Shown here in pieces: positions 45,136 to 55,607 of a stretch of DNA of 64,000 bases. The stretch is taken from NCBI GenBank assembly GCA_904394975.1, contig CAJFNQ010000017.1, positions 91,641 to 155,640 on the forward strand. The letters run 5' to 3'. This stretch comes from Candidatus Metaruminococcus gallistercoris. Lineage in GTDB: Bacteria > Bacillota > Clostridia > Oscillospirales > Ruminococcaceae. The first letter of the stretch is position 1, and every line of letters begins with the position of its first letter. The notes beneath the pieces are model-generated. The model was not told where the DNA came from. It saw only the letters and a program-made list of their open reading frames with translations, and ran no database searches. Both the position numbers and the translations under genes were made by a program.

Positions 45136-46023
45136 TTACATAATTTGAGTTCCCGTGTTATCTATGGTAAGGCCTTTGATCTCCCAATGAAGATCTTCTG
45201 ATTCCAGATAGCGTTTCATAACCGGTACAAAACTCTTATCCAGACCATTTACAACAGCCATGATTGTTGGACCAGCGCCGCTGACATACACAGCATATGC
45301 CCCATAATCATAACACTTTTTCATCACGTTTTCAGCATGTGAAATAAGCGGTAAACGATATGGTTGATGAAGCACATCTTCCACCGAAACGCGAAGATTT
45401 TCATATTTACCGGTCAATAAAGACGAAGAAAACAGCGCAGCGCGCGACAGATTGTGTACAGCATCTTTAAACGGTATCGTCTTCGGAAGGCATTGCCGTG
45501 CTACCGATGTTTTCAATTCAAAATCCGGAATAATCGCTACAAAATGCAGACGACTGTCAACTTCCTGCCGAACATAATGCACTTTACCGCCATCAAACAC
45601 AGAAGTAACAATACCGCCCAGAAGCGCAGGCGTTGTATTATCCGGGTGTCCTTCCAGCCTTGCAGCCAGGTCCACCAGATCATCCACTCCAAGCGGCTTC
45701 CCTAAAAGAATATTACCGGCAAGCAAACCTGCTACAATACAGGATGAACTGCTTCCCAGCCCTCTTGTCATCGGAATTCGATTCACCTGTTCTATCTTAA
45801 GTCCTTTTAACTGCTTGCCGCACTCTTCGTAAAGAGTACGAACCGTTGAATAGACCAAGTTCGTCTCATCCGTTGGGATATCCGTATCATCCAACGAACG
45901 AATACAGACATCATCAGACTCATCAATATAGAAATCATTGTATAAGCTTACCGCAAGGCCAAGAGCATCAAAACCGGCGCCGAGATTTGCACTGGTTGCT
46001 GGAACTTTAACCGTAATCATCAA
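45136..46023 (-). CDS. thrB: Homoserine kinase
   Basis: PATSANLGAGFD and the GHMP motif PMTRGLGSSSS. Confidence 0.94.
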   Translation of the reverse strand: MMITVKVPATSANLGAGFDALGLAVSLYNDFYIDESDDVCIRSLDDTDIPTDETNLVYSTVRTLYEECGKQLKGLKIEQVNRIPMTRGLGSSSSCIVAGLLAGNILLGKPLGVDDLVDLAARLEGHPDNTTPALLGGIVTSVFDGGKVHYVRQEVDSRLHFVAIIPDFELKTSVARQCLPKTIPFKDAVHNLSRAALFSSSLLTGKYENLRVSVEDVLHQPYRLPLISHAENVMKKCYDYGAYAVYVSGAGPTIMAVVNGLDKSFVPVMKRYLESEDLHWEIKGLTIDNTGTQIM

Positions 46024-47258
46024 TAATCAAACACCCTGATCTTCGAAAGCACCTGTACGTGCTCACAACTGTCTAAAACCTGTTCCAATTCTTTCTCACA
46101 AATTGGTTCTGTGATAAACGCACATTCTCCATCCGGCATATCCGCACGCATTAAGAACTCTTTAACGTTTATTTTCGATTGAAGTTTTTCTTTTAAACCA
46201 GCCTGTTCAGAACGGCAGCGTACAAAGAAAGAAAGAGGAACGCCCTTGTAATCCACCACATAATCCGCATCATCCGAGTCGGACCAATGGAGAGAAGCAT
46301 TCGTACCCGGTGCCTTCACCGCATCAATAACATCGGCAACTACCGCACTGGCAGTCGGCAGTTTTCCTGCTCCCTTTCCATAAAAAACAACGTCACCGGT
46401 TGCGTCTCCCCGTACAAGAATGCCGTTGAACACATCCTCAATACTGGAAAGCTGACTTCCGCATTTAATAAATGCGGGAGAAACCATAACGAACAATTTC
46501 CCGTCATCCAACAATTTAGCACAGCCGATTAATTTAATAACGCTGTCAAAGCTCTCCGCATAAGCCACGTCGTCCAGCGTAATTTGCGTAATTCCTTCGG
46601 TATAAACAAATTGAGGATACACATGCTTACCAAAAGCCAGCGCCGACAGAATACAAATTTTACGGCACGCATCCAAACCTTCCACATCCGCAGCCGGATT
46701 GCGCTCTGCATATCCCAGTTGCTGAGCAAGCTTCAACGCTTCGTCAAACTGCATGTGTTCACGAATCATTTTTGTTAAGATGAAATTGGTCGTACCGTTT
46801 AAAATACCCGCGATTTCCGTAATCTTATTTGCGGCAAGGCACATATGCATGGGGCGAATAATCGGAATTCCTCCGCCAACACTCGCTTCAAAAAAGAAAT
46901 TCACATTATTGTTTTTCGCAACTTCCAGCAACTCAGCCCCTTTTTCCGCAACAAGCTCTTTGTTGGAAGTAACAACCGACTTCTTAGCGTTCAGTGAAGC
47001 CTTTACATAATCATACGCCGGACGCAGACCGCCCATAACTTCTACGACTACGGAAATTTCCGGATCGTTTAAAATATCATCAAAATTCTTGGTGAATTTA
47101 TGTGAGTAAGGAAGATCATTAAAATCCCGCAAATCGAGAATTTTTTTGATTTCAATGACCTCGCCGGCTTTATCTGAAATGGATGAATGATTCATTTCAA
47201 GCAGTTCCGCAACACCAGAGCCGACTACCCCGTGCCCGAGTACCGCAATTTTAGCCAT
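46020..47258 (-). CDS. hom: Homoserine dehydrogenase
   Basis: AVLGHGVVGSGV Rossmann motif, the catalytic domain, and a C-terminal ACT-like domain. The start (ATG 47258 or TTG 47267) is uncertain. Confidence 0.92.
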   Translation of the reverse strand: MAKIAVLGHGVVGSGVAELLEMNHSSISDKAGEVIEIKKILDLRDFNDLPYSHKFTKNFDDILNDPEISVVVEVMGGLRPAYDYVKASLNAKKSVVTSNKELVAEKGAELLEVAKNNNVNFFFEASVGGGIPIIRPMHMCLAANKITEIAGILNGTTNFILTKMIREHMQFDEALKLAQQLGYAERNPAADVEGLDACRKICILSALAFGKHVYPQFVYTEGITQITLDDVAYAESFDSVIKLIGCAKLLDDGKLFVMVSPAFIKCGSQLSSIEDVFNGILVRGDATGDVVFYGKGAGKLPTASAVVADVIDAVKAPGTNASLHWSDSDDADYVVDYKGVPLSFFVRCRSEQAGLKEKLQSKINVKEFLMRADMPDGECAFITEPICEKELEQVLDSCEHVQVLSKIRVFDY

Positions 47259-47276
47259 AATGGACAACGCCCCTTT

Positions 47277-47708
47277 TTAAATTATTTTTACATCGATCAC
47301 ACCGTTGATCCGTTTCAGCGATTCTGTCATTTCAACTCGATTGGTTTCATCGCTTGACGGACGAATGGAAATCGTAACGACTGCCACTTTATCATTGGGT
47401 ATATTCTGGTTTACCGTCAACACATTTGCGCGTACCGCATATAAGCAGGTCAATACTTGAGAAAGTATTCCCGGTTCATCCTCCAGCAACAACTGAAATG
47501 TAATGATTTCGTTGCTCATCCGTTCGTCATAAATAAATATTCGGTCGCGGTATTTATAAAATGCCCCACGGGAAATATCCACCATTTTACACGCTTCGCT
47601 TGACGATTTCGCTGTTCCCTTGGCCAGTAAATTTTTTGCCTGCAAAACTTTATGAAAAACCTCAGGCAACACTTCGGAATCAACGAGAATATACTGATTT
47701 GTCTCCAT
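47277..47708 (-). CDS. ACT-domain protein, UPF0735/PheB-like
   Basis: 143 aa. The C-terminal ACT domain contains LLLEDEPGILSQVL. The N-terminal ~60 aa carry an HTH-like stretch (SSSEACKMVDISRGAFYKYRD). Confidence 0.8.
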   Translation of the reverse strand: METNQYILVDSEVLPEVFHKVLQAKNLLAKGTAKSSSEACKMVDISRGAFYKYRDRIFIYDERMSNEIITFQLLLEDEPGILSQVLTCLYAVRANVLTVNQNIPNDKVAVVTISIRPSSDETNRVEMTESLKRINGVIDVKII

Positions 47709-47901
47709 GAAAGTCCACCACCAATATACATCTGTCTACCAAACGTATACAAGTGTAACATTTCTTTCCAGAAGTTACAAAACTGTTTATTTATCAAATT
47801 CTTCTATTTATAAGGATTATTCAATATAAAGACAAAATAAGTCTCAAATACTAATATAATCGCTTAATTTCTATATGTTACATCAATATCAGCTAATAAA
47901 A

Positions 47902-47947
47902 TAGTGAAAAAGCGATGCTTTTTGTGCAATATCACAGCATCGCTTTT
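47902..47947 (-). terminator. Intrinsic terminator after hisE
   Basis: 12-bp stem AAAAGCGATGCT/AGCATCGCTTTT with a T-run on the minus strand. Confidence 0.75.
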
Positions 47948-47953
47948 CTGGCC

Positions 47954-48277
47954 TTAGCTATTACGGTCAACCTGATGAAATTTTTTCAGATTGCCGATTT
48001 TCTGACGGCGCGTTTCCAGAATTCCAGCGACGTCATCTACCGAAATTCCCTTTTGATTCATCAACACCAAAACATGATAAACCAAATCGCAAATTTCATT
48101 TTTCAATTCTTCCGGATCATCGTTTTTAGACGCGATAATCATTTCGGAGCACTCTTCCCCGCATTTTTTCAGGATTTTATCCAAACCCTGATTAAATAAA
48201 TAACAGGTATATGAACCTTCTTCCGGGTTATTTTTTCTGCCTTCAATTACCTCATAAAGACCTTTAATTACATCCAT
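47954..48277 (-). CDS. hisE: Phosphoribosyl-ATP pyrophosphatase
   Basis: [19 protein letters not shown] and [17 protein letters not shown] motifs. Confidence 0.93.
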   Translation of the reverse strand: MDVIKGLYEVIEGRKNNPEEGSYTCYLFNQGLDKILKKCGEECSEMIIASKNDDPEELKNEICDLVYHVLVLMNQKGISVDDVAGILETRRQKIGNLKKFHQVDRNS

Positions 48278-48295
48278 CTTAACAAATTCCTTTCT

Positions 48296-48622
48296 TTACT
48301 TTTCAGCGTGATAAATTTCCTTGAAAAAGCAACTGTAATTACCGGTATGACAAGCAACGCCGGTTTGATGAACTTTAACCAGAAGCGTGTCATCATCACA
48401 ATCAGCGGTAATGCTTACTACTTTTTGAAGATGGCCGCTCGTAGCGCCCTTATTCCAAAGCTCCTGTCTGGAACGGCTGTAAAACCAGGTATACCCTGTT
48501 TCAAACGTTTTCTGCAAGCTTTCGCGGTTCATGTATGCCAGCATCAGCACTTCACCGTTGGATTCCTCCACAACAATAGCGGGAATCAAATCGCCTTTTT
48601 GAAAATATTTTTCAAAATCCAT
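48296..48622 (-). CDS. hisI: Phosphoribosyl-AMP cyclohydrolase
   Basis: [25 protein letters not shown] and CDDDTLL motifs. Confidence 0.94.
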   Translation of the reverse strand: MDFEKYFQKGDLIPAIVVEESNGEVLMLAYMNRESLQKTFETGYTWFYSRSRQELWNKGATSGHLQKVVSITADCDDDTLLVKVHQTGVACHTGNYSCFFKEIYHAEK

Positions 48623-48634
48623 TAAAATCCTCCA

Positions 48635-49399
48635 TTACCAGTTACGCCGCACCGGTATGCCGCACCGATCCAGATATTTTTTTACCTCAGAAACAGTAGA
48701 TTCTTTATAATGAAATATGGAAGCAGCCAAAGCGGCATCCGCATCGGTTTTCGTAAATACTTCTGAAAAATCTTCCAGTTTGCCGCATCCGCCTGAAGCA
48801 ATAACCGGGACATTGACTTCACCTGTAATTGCATTGAGCAGCTCCAGGTCAAAACCGTTTTTCGTTCCATCGGTGTCCATGGAAGTAAGAAGTATCTCAC
48901 CCGCGCCTAACTGACAGGCCTTTTTTGCCCATTCGACCGCATCCAAACCGGTGTCAATCCGCCCGCCGTTAATGACTACATGAAAACGGCCATCTTCTGC
49001 ACGACGGGCGTCAATTGCAATCACTACACACTGACTGCCGAATATATCTGCCGCTTCCGCAAGAAGTTCCGGACGATTGACCGCAGATGAATTGACCGAT
49101 ACTTTATCTGCCCCCGCACGAAGAATCTCACGGAAGTCATCAACCGTTCGAATACCACCGCCAACGGTCAATGGCACAAACACCTTTTGCGCTGTTTTTG
49201 AAACAACATCCACAATCGTCTTCCGTTTCTCATGGGTTGCTGTAATATCCAAAAACACAATTTCATCGGCACCCTGTTTGTTGTACATTTCTGCACATTC
49301 AACCGGATCGCCGACTTCTTTGATTCCTTCAAAGTTGATTCCTTTTACAACGCGCCCATCCCGCACATCCAAACAAGGGATAATTCGTTTTGCAAGCAT
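48635..49399 (-). CDS. hisF: Imidazole glycerol phosphate synthase, cyclase subunit
   Basis: [20 protein letters not shown] and VPVIASGG motifs. Confidence 0.97.
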   Translation of the reverse strand: MLAKRIIPCLDVRDGRVVKGINFEGIKEVGDPVECAEMYNKQGADEIVFLDITATHEKRKTIVDVVSKTAQKVFVPLTVGGGIRTVDDFREILRAGADKVSVNSSAVNRPELLAEAADIFGSQCVVIAIDARRAEDGRFHVVINGGRIDTGLDAVEWAKKACQLGAGEILLTSMDTDGTKNGFDLELLNAITGEVNVPVIASGGCGKLEDFSEVFTKTDADAALAASIFHYKESTVSEVKKYLDRCGIPVRRNW

Positions 49400-49416
49400 C
49401 GGTTTCCTCCCTCTGT

Positions 49417-50130
49417 TTATTGTGCAGCCCGAATGGCTTCCGTTACGGTAAATGCTCCGCTGTAAAGTGATTTACCGCATATTGTTCCATAAAGCTCCAA
49501 CTCTCTGAGCTTTTTAATGTCATCCAACGAACTGATTCCGCCGCTCGCTATAATATCACAGGACACTGCTTTATTAATGGCGGAAAGCTGTTCCACATTT
49601 GGACCGGAAAGGGTGCCGTCTTTTGAAATATCTGTATAAACGATGGTCTGTACACCCACCGACTCCATTTTTTTCGCCAAGTCTATATAATTCACGTCGC
49701 TTGTATCCAGCCAGCCTTCGCAGGCAACAAAGCCATTTTTGGCATCAATGCCAACAACAATTCGTTCTCCGTACTGCTTTACCGCCTCAGTGACAAACGC
49801 AGGATTTTTTACAGCCGCAGAACCCAAAATCACCCTCGCCACTCCGCGTGATAAATAATACTCACAGGTTTGCAGATCACGAATCCCGCCGCCTACCTGC
49901 AAACTCAAGCCGGTCTTTTGCGCGATCTCTGTAAAAATGTTCGTATTGATCCGCTTGCCGTCCTTTGCGCCGTTCAGGTCCACCATATGTAAAAATTGCG
50001 CGCCTTCTCTTTGGAATTTCAAAGCAGTCTCTAGAGGATCTGCCGCTACTTTGGTCGCGGTAGCATAGTCACCTTGATACAATCTTACACACTGACCGTC
50101 GTAAATATCAATCGCAGGGAAAATGATCAT
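49417..50130 (-). CDS. hisA: 1-(5-phosphoribosyl)-5-[(5-phosphoribosylamino)methylideneamino]imidazole-4-carboxamide isomerase
   Basis: [18 protein letters not shown]-terminus. The ATG overlaps the hisH stop (ATGA). The ORF track's longer 5' extension lies inside hisH. Confidence 0.94.
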   Translation of the reverse strand: MIIFPAIDIYDGQCVRLYQGDYATATKVAADPLETALKFQREGAQFLHMVDLNGAKDGKRINTNIFTEIAQKTGLSLQVGGGIRDLQTCEYYLSRGVARVILGSAAVKNPAFVTEAVKQYGERIVVGIDAKNGFVACEGWLDTSDVNYIDLAKKMESVGVQTIVYTDISKDGTLSGPNVEQLSAINKAVSCDIIASGGISSLDDIKKLRELELYGTICGKSLYSGAFTVTEAIRAAQ

Positions 50131-50738
50131 TTGACCAATCCTCCAAAATTCTTTAAAATTTCCAAGCCAACTTCTCCGCTTTTTTCCGGATGAAACTGTG
50201 CACCATAAACGTTTCCATTTTGGACAAACGCGGTTATTTGTGTTCCGTATTCGCATTCCGCCGCAATATACTGAGGATCTGTATACGCCATATAACTGTG
50301 AACGAAGTAAACGCAATCTCCGTCACGCAGTCCTTTGAGCAACTCGGACGGCTGGCGAATCTCAAGCTGATTCCAGCCGATATGCGGCAATTTTTTTGTC
50401 TGTCCCTGAGGAAAACGGATCAGATCCACTGTTCCCGGAATCAGACCAAGGCCCTGCGTTTTGGAAAATTCCATTCCCGTTTCAAACAACGCCTGCATTC
50501 CAAGACAGATGCCGAGAAGCGGTTTTTTCTCTACCGCCTGTTTGATTGCAGAAACAATTCCACAGTCATGTAGTTTTTTCATTGCATCAGGGAACGCGCC
50601 AACCCCGGGCAAAATCAGAGCGTCTGCTCGTTCAATTTCTTTCACATCTGATGTGATTATACTGGATTCACCTATGTAATTCAACGCGTTTTTAACGCTG
50701 AATAAATTACCCGCGCCATAATCTAGGATTGCAATCAC
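50127..50738 (-). CDS. hisH: Imidazole glycerol phosphate synthase, glutaminase subunit
   Basis: MIAILDYGAGN, LPGVGAF, GICLGMQ and QFHPEKS motifs. Confidence 0.97.
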   Translation of the reverse strand: MIAILDYGAGNLFSVKNALNYIGESSIITSDVKEIERADALILPGVGAFPDAMKKLHDCGIVSAIKQAVEKKPLLGICLGMQALFETGMEFSKTQGLGLIPGTVDLIRFPQGQTKKLPHIGWNQLEIRQPSELLKGLRDGDCVYFVHSYMAYTDPQYIAAECEYGTQITAFVQNGNVYGAQFHPEKSGEVGLEILKNFGGLVK

Positions 50739-50751
50739 GAATAAAACTCCT

Positions 50752-51333
50752 TTACAGTACGCCCTTTGTTGAAAGAAGCATACCGTTTTTATTTGCGGAA
50801 ACAGCCTGTTTTAACGCCTGACCAAGCGCTTTAAACAGCGCTTCTGCCTTATGATGATCGTTTTCGCCGTACATAACACGCGCATGAAGCGTGATAAGAG
50901 CGTGGAACGCGAAAGAACGGAAAAATTCGCCGATCATCTGGGTATCAAAACTGCCGATTTGGTCCGCTTTAAATGATGCATCGAACACAAGATATGGTCT
51001 GGAACTAATGTCCAAACTCACAAATCCCAATGATTCATCCATCGGAACAAAAGCGCTCCCGTAACGGTTAATGCCTTTTTTTTCCCCAATACAGGCGGCA
51101 AAAACATCTCCCAATACAATCGCAGTATCTTCAATTGTATGATGACAATCCACTTCCAAATCGCCTTTTACCTTTACTGTCAGGTCAAAACCGCCGTGCA
51201 TTGCCAATGCCGTAAGCATGTGATCAAAAAAGCCGATTCCGGTCGAAATATCACTGGTTCCGTTTCCGTCAAGGTTCAAAGATACAAATACATCAGTTTC
51301 CTTTGTTGTACGGGTCAATTCAGCTTTTCTCAT
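50752..51333 (-). CDS. hisB: Imidazoleglycerol-phosphate dehydratase
   Basis: RTTKETDV, GIGFFDHML, DCHHTIED and GENDHHKAEA motifs. Confidence 0.97.
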   Translation of the reverse strand: MRKAELTRTTKETDVFVSLNLDGNGTSDISTGIGFFDHMLTALAMHGGFDLTVKVKGDLEVDCHHTIEDTAIVLGDVFAACIGEKKGINRYGSAFVPMDESLGFVSLDISSRPYLVFDASFKADQIGSFDTQMIGEFFRSFAFHALITLHARVMYGENDHHKAEALFKALGQALKQAVSANKNGMLLSTKGVL

Positions 51334-52393
51334 GTTGAACCTCCTGCAAAACCTCTTCCAGATTTTGTATTACGCATTGATTCTCTTCCGGGCTTCCGGT
51401 CGAAATCCGAAGATGCCCTTTAAAACAACGTATTGCAATGGAACGCTCCAGCATACGGGAAAAAATTGTATGGGCAAGTTCGGTTTTTACATACACAAAA
51501 TTCGTCGCACTCGGATAGACAGTTTCCAGCACCGGATATTTTTCCGCTAACAAGCAAATTTCCCGATATAAAGTGTCTTTCCCTTCAATAATTTTTCTGG
51601 TACAGTCCAACAAATACGGCTTTTCTTTTAAGATCATCGTACCAATCATCTGGGTAATGCTGTTAACATTGTACGGGGATTTAACAGCCCGCAGTGCGTT
51701 GGTAATGGTTTTATTGGACACCGCAAATCCCAAACGGATTGCCGCCATGCCGATTGCCTTAGAACAGGTTTTTAAAATAATAAGGTTATCGTAATGTTCT
51801 ACCTCATCCAACATGCTTTCGTTCCAGAAATCCATATAAGCTTCGTCTAAAACGACAAGGCAATTTACTGAGCTTACCAGTTTTTTAACCTGCTCTTTCG
51901 TTAAACCTCGAGACGTTGGATTACAAGGGTTCGAAAACAGCAAAATACCCGCTTTTTCACGATTGAGCGTTTCGATTGTGTGATCCACATCAATCGTCAA
52001 ATCATCGCGAAGCGGCAGCGTATGCAGTTCACATTCCGCAAGCATTCCATAAAAACGGTACATGGAAAAATCCTGCGCAAAAGTAAAGCATTTTTCGCCT
52101 CTCATAGCAAGCGTATTGGCAATGATGCTAATCAGCTCATCCGAACCGTTTCCGGCCGTTACAAGCTCCGGAGACAGCCCGTAAAAATCCGCAAACGCTT
52201 CACAAAGCTCTTTGCCTAACGGATCCGGATAACGGTTAAAAGCAACCTGCTTCAAAGCCGCTGCAATCCTTTGTTCCAAGTCCTCCGATAAACCAAAATA
52301 GGATTCATTTGCATCCAGCCGAACCTTAAAATCCCCGGCGATTGGTTCATAAGGCTCTAAGTTAATTACTTTGTCATTCAAACGATACGCCAT
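51320..52393 (-). CDS. hisC: Histidinol-phosphate aminotransferase
   Basis: Class-II aminotransferase (LDANES, NPCNPT, TCSKA). The ATG at 52393 follows the hisD stop. Confidence 0.92.
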   Translation of the reverse strand: MAYRLNDKVINLEPYEPIAGDFKVRLDANESYFGLSEDLEQRIAAALKQVAFNRYPDPLGKELCEAFADFYGLSPELVTAGNGSDELISIIANTLAMRGEKCFTFAQDFSMYRFYGMLAECELHTLPLRDDLTIDVDHTIETLNREKAGILLFSNPCNPTSRGLTKEQVKKLVSSVNCLVVLDEAYMDFWNESMLDEVEHYDNLIILKTCSKAIGMAAIRLGFAVSNKTITNALRAVKSPYNVNSITQMIGTMILKEKPYLLDCTRKIIEGKDTLYREICLLAEKYPVLETVYPSATNFVYVKTELAHTIFSRMLERSIAIRCFKGHLRISTGSPEENQCVIQNLEEVLQEVQHEKS

Positions 52394-52394
52394 C

Positions 52395-53696
52395 TTATTC
52401 CCCGCTTTCCTCGTCAAACCGGACGGTAATGGAATTTGCATGCGCTGTTAGTCCTTCGCGTTTTGCAATACAGACAATATCATCTTTTGCCTGACGAAGC
52501 GCATCTTCCGTATAATAAATGAAACTAGAGCGTTTTACAAAATCCTCTACCGAAAGCGGCGAGAAGAACCGTGCTGTTCCACTGGTAGGAAGAACATGGT
52601 TAGGGCCTGCATAATAGTCACCAAGCGGTTCCGGCGCATATTTTCCAAGAAAAACAGAACCAGCATTATCCAGCCTTCCAATATAGCTGAGCGGGTTTTT
52701 CACCATCATTTCCAAATGCTCCGGCGCAATCAGATTGGCAAGATCAACCGCCTCATCGATACTGCGGCAGATCAATACGGCACCGTAATTTTTAAGGGAT
52801 TCTTCGATAATATCCTTCCGGGAAAGCTTCGCTGCCTGTCTTTTAATTTCTTCAACTGTTTTTTGTGCAACTGTTTCACTCGTTGTAAGCAGTATAGCGG
52901 ACGCCAAACGATCATGTTCTGCTTGTGACATCAGGTCCGCTGCCAGATATTTGGGTTCCGCTGTTTCGTCTGCCACGACCAGTATTTCACTCGGTCCGGC
53001 GATCATGTCAATGTCCACCGTACCATACAGCAACTTTTTGGCGGTGGCAACGTAAATATTTCCGGGGCCGACAATTTTATCTACCTTCGGAATGGTCTGG
53101 GTGCCGAACGCCAAAGCAGCTACCGCTTGCGCTCCCCCTAAAAGGAACACGCGGTCCACTCCCGCAATCGCGGCCGCGACTAAAATGTCCGGATTGGGCT
53201 TACCGTCTTTAGAAGGTGGAGTGACCATAACAATCTCTTTTACTCCGGCAATTTTGGCCGGTACCGCATTCATCAGCACCGATGACGGATAAGCAGCTGT
53301 TCCTCCCGGAACATACAAACCAACACGTTCCAGACCACGTACCCGCTGCCCCAAGATCACACCGTTCTCAAGCGGATTAATAAACCCCTGTTGTTTCTGG
53401 CGATTGTGAAAATCCGAAATATTTTCCATTGCGTTAAGCAAAGCGTCCACAAATTCCGGATCTGCGTTTGTAAGCGCGTCGTTAATTTCATCGCGCGGAA
53501 CTTCAATCGTTTCCGGAACCTTGCCGTCAAACTTTAATGTATACTCCAAAACCGCCTGGTCGCCGTTCTGTTTCACGTCCTCAATGATTTTCGATACCGC
53601 TTCGGTTACCTCACGCCCAACCTCACTGTTTCTTGCTTTTAATTGAGATAAAAACTCAAATTCCGTTTTTCCATCTGTTTTCAGCACAGGAATCAT
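52395..53696 (-). CDS. hisD: Histidinol dehydrogenase
   Basis: GLYVPGGTAAYPSSVLM, AGPSE, SQAEHD and HLE motifs. Confidence 0.97.
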   Translation of the reverse strand: MIPVLKTDGKTEFEFLSQLKARNSEVGREVTEAVSKIIEDVKQNGDQAVLEYTLKFDGKVPETIEVPRDEINDALTNADPEFVDALLNAMENISDFHNRQKQQGFINPLENGVILGQRVRGLERVGLYVPGGTAAYPSSVLMNAVPAKIAGVKEIVMVTPPSKDGKPNPDILVAAAIAGVDRVFLLGGAQAVAALAFGTQTIPKVDKIVGPGNIYVATAKKLLYGTVDIDMIAGPSEILVVADETAEPKYLAADLMSQAEHDRLASAILLTTSETVAQKTVEEIKRQAAKLSRKDIIEESLKNYGAVLICRSIDEAVDLANLIAPEHLEMMVKNPLSYIGRLDNAGSVFLGKYAPEPLGDYYAGPNHVLPTSGTARFFSPLSVEDFVKRSSFIYYTEDALRQAKDDIVCIAKREGLTAHANSITVRFDEESGE

Positions 53697-53700
53697 ATCG

Positions 53701-54330
53701 TCACATCCTTACCTGTTCAATATCACTTAACAACGCTTCAATTTCTTTTTTTCGGAGTTTGATGCTCGCCGAGTTAACAATCACTCTTGCAGAAATACTT
53801 GCAACATCTTCAATAACCTGCAACCCATTTTCTTTTAAAGTGGTTCCGGTTTCTACAATATCGACAATCGCATCAGCCAGACCGATTAACGGCGCAAGTT
53901 CGACTGAACCTTCAATTTTTACAATGTTTACGTCCATTCCCTTTGCTTCAAAGAAACGCCGGGATACATTCGGGTATTTGGTGGCGATTGTTTTTACACG
54001 GTGTCCGGAATAAAGGGCTTCTCGGTTTTTAGCTGCAACTGCAAATTTACACTTTCCAAAGCCCAAATCGGTCAGTTCAAAAAAAGAACCGCCATGTTCC
54101 ATGATGGTATCTTTTCCGACCACACCCATATCACAAACACCATGTTCTACGTATGTAATTACATCAGCTGCTTTCGCAAGAACAATTTCCAAATTGGCAT
54201 CCGGAATATGTAAAATCAATTTACGTCCTTTATTATGCAGTTCTTCACAGTCAAAGCCCATCTTTTCAAATAAGGCAACCGTATCTTTTTCCAAACGCCC
54301 TTTGGTGAGCGCAATTCGTATTGGATTCAT
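53701..54330 (-). CDS. hisG: ATP phosphoribosyltransferase, short form (catalytic subunit)
   Basis: MNPIRIALTKGRL N-terminus and DIVETGTTLKENGL. About 209 aa with no C-terminal regulatory domain, consistent with the adjacent hisZ. Confidence 0.94.
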   Translation of the reverse strand: MNPIRIALTKGRLEKDTVALFEKMGFDCEELHNKGRKLILHIPDANLEIVLAKAADVITYVEHGVCDMGVVGKDTIMEHGGSFFELTDLGFGKCKFAVAAKNREALYSGHRVKTIATKYPNVSRRFFEAKGMDVNIVKIEGSVELAPLIGLADAIVDIVETGTTLKENGLQVIEDVASISARVIVNSASIKLRKKEIEALLSDIEQVRM

Positions 54331-54343
54331 ATTCTCTTCTCCC

Positions 54344-55540
54344 TCACAACTGTATCGTCTGTACCGTTTCGCCAACGATCACAATTTCCGGAATTCCTTT
54401 TTTCAACGCATACTGCTTTGATTCTTCCAAAGTTTCAAACACACTGTGTTCTACCCTTTTGTTTTGAGCGATTAAATCTCTTGCATAAAGCAATCCATTC
54501 ATTTCATAGCTGTTTTCCGAATAAACCAAAATATCTGCCGGAAGCTCTCTTTTTATCGAGTGAACCGCAAACAGAGAAGCGAGAATTGCATCCAGATTGA
54601 TTCCAAAACCGGTCGCGGGAGATGGTGTTCCAAAAGCCGTCAGAAGGTTATCATACCGCCCGCCGGAAAGAACAGCCTGCCCAAAACCAGAAATATAACC
54701 ACGAAATAAAACGCCTGTATAATAACTTGCGCGGTTTACCATGCCAAGATCAACTGAAATTTTGTTCTGCAAACCCAGCATAGTCAAATCATTATAAATA
54801 CCACGCAAATACTCAACGGTTTTGGTAATTTCCTCATCATGGAACAGCTTGATTGCTTCGTCAAACACTTCATCCGAACCAAAAAGCCGCGGCAGACGTT
54901 TGATCATTCCTGCGGCAGTTTCATCCAATCGACTATCGACCAAATCATTTAAAGCAGGATAATTTTTGGTTTCGATTAACTCACGAATCGACTCACCAAG
55001 TTCATCATCAATCCAAAGTTTTTCCATGAGACGGTTGAATATGGCAATATGGCCAATCTCCAAACGGTAATCAGAAATTCCCAAATTACCCAGCGCCTCT
55101 ACTGCTGTTGCAATCACTTCAAGATCAGCACGTTTACCTTTTGCGCCGATGATCTCAATACCGCTTTGCAGAATTTCATCGCTATGCCCGGCAAGACTGG
55201 GCGTAGAACGGTATACTTTTTGATTATAAAAAAGGCGCATGGGAAGAAGCTCGTCTTTTAAACGTGTGGAAAACACACGAGCAATCGGCATAGTAGAATC
55301 CGCGCGAAGCGCAATCAAACGCCCTTTCCGGTCCGAAAGCTTATACATATCTTCCACCGGAATCGGATGGTTCTTTACAGTAAAAACATCGAGAAACTCA
55401 ATTTCAGGAGTCGTGACTTCCGTAAATCCGCGCGCCTGAAACAAACCGGACATCTTCTGTTCTAACTCACGCCGCATGGCACACTCTTCAAACACAAAAT
55501 CTCTGGTACCTTCCGGCGTAATACGATAATTTAAACTCAT
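54344..55540 (-). CDS. hisZ: ATP phosphoribosyltransferase regulatory subunit
   Basis: HisRS-like catalytic-core paralog (GTRDF, FRGYISG, GGRYDNL) with no anticodon-binding domain. First gene of the his operon. Confidence 0.9.
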   Translation of the reverse strand: MSLNYRITPEGTRDFVFEECAMRRELEQKMSGLFQARGFTEVTTPEIEFLDVFTVKNHPIPVEDMYKLSDRKGRLIALRADSTMPIARVFSTRLKDELLPMRLFYNQKVYRSTPSLAGHSDEILQSGIEIIGAKGKRADLEVIATAVEALGNLGISDYRLEIGHIAIFNRLMEKLWIDDELGESIRELIETKNYPALNDLVDSRLDETAAGMIKRLPRLFGSDEVFDEAIKLFHDEEITKTVEYLRGIYNDLTMLGLQNKISVDLGMVNRASYYTGVLFRGYISGFGQAVLSGGRYDNLLTAFGTPSPATGFGINLDAILASLFAVHSIKRELPADILVYSENSYEMNGLLYARDLIAQNKRVEHSVFETLEESKQYALKKGIPEIVIVGETVQTIQL

Positions 55541-55572
55541 GATAAAAACCTCACACGCTTTAGTACGCTAAC

Positions 55573-55601
55573 ATAATAGCACGCTATCTCAAAAATGTCA
55601 A
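55573..55601 (-). promoter_or_regulatory. Sigma-A promoter of the his operon (TTGACA-17-TATTAT)
   Basis: On the minus strand the -35 is at 55596-55601 and the -10 at 55573-55578. The leader is only about 30 nt. Confidence 0.6.
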
Positions 55602-55607
55602 CATATA

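Noticed and set aside
47709-47900. Possible T-box, leader peptide or riboswitch upstream of the ACT-hom-thrB-ask operon
   Set aside because: I found no T-box-like conserved sequence followed by a terminator, and no Thr/Ile-rich small ORF with an SD. The only feature is a weak 6-bp hairpin (TGTAAC...GTTACA) without a U-tract.
47915-48199. 94-aa plus-strand ORF overlapping the hisE terminator and hisE
   Set aside because: It is antisense to hisE and begins inside the terminator hairpin.
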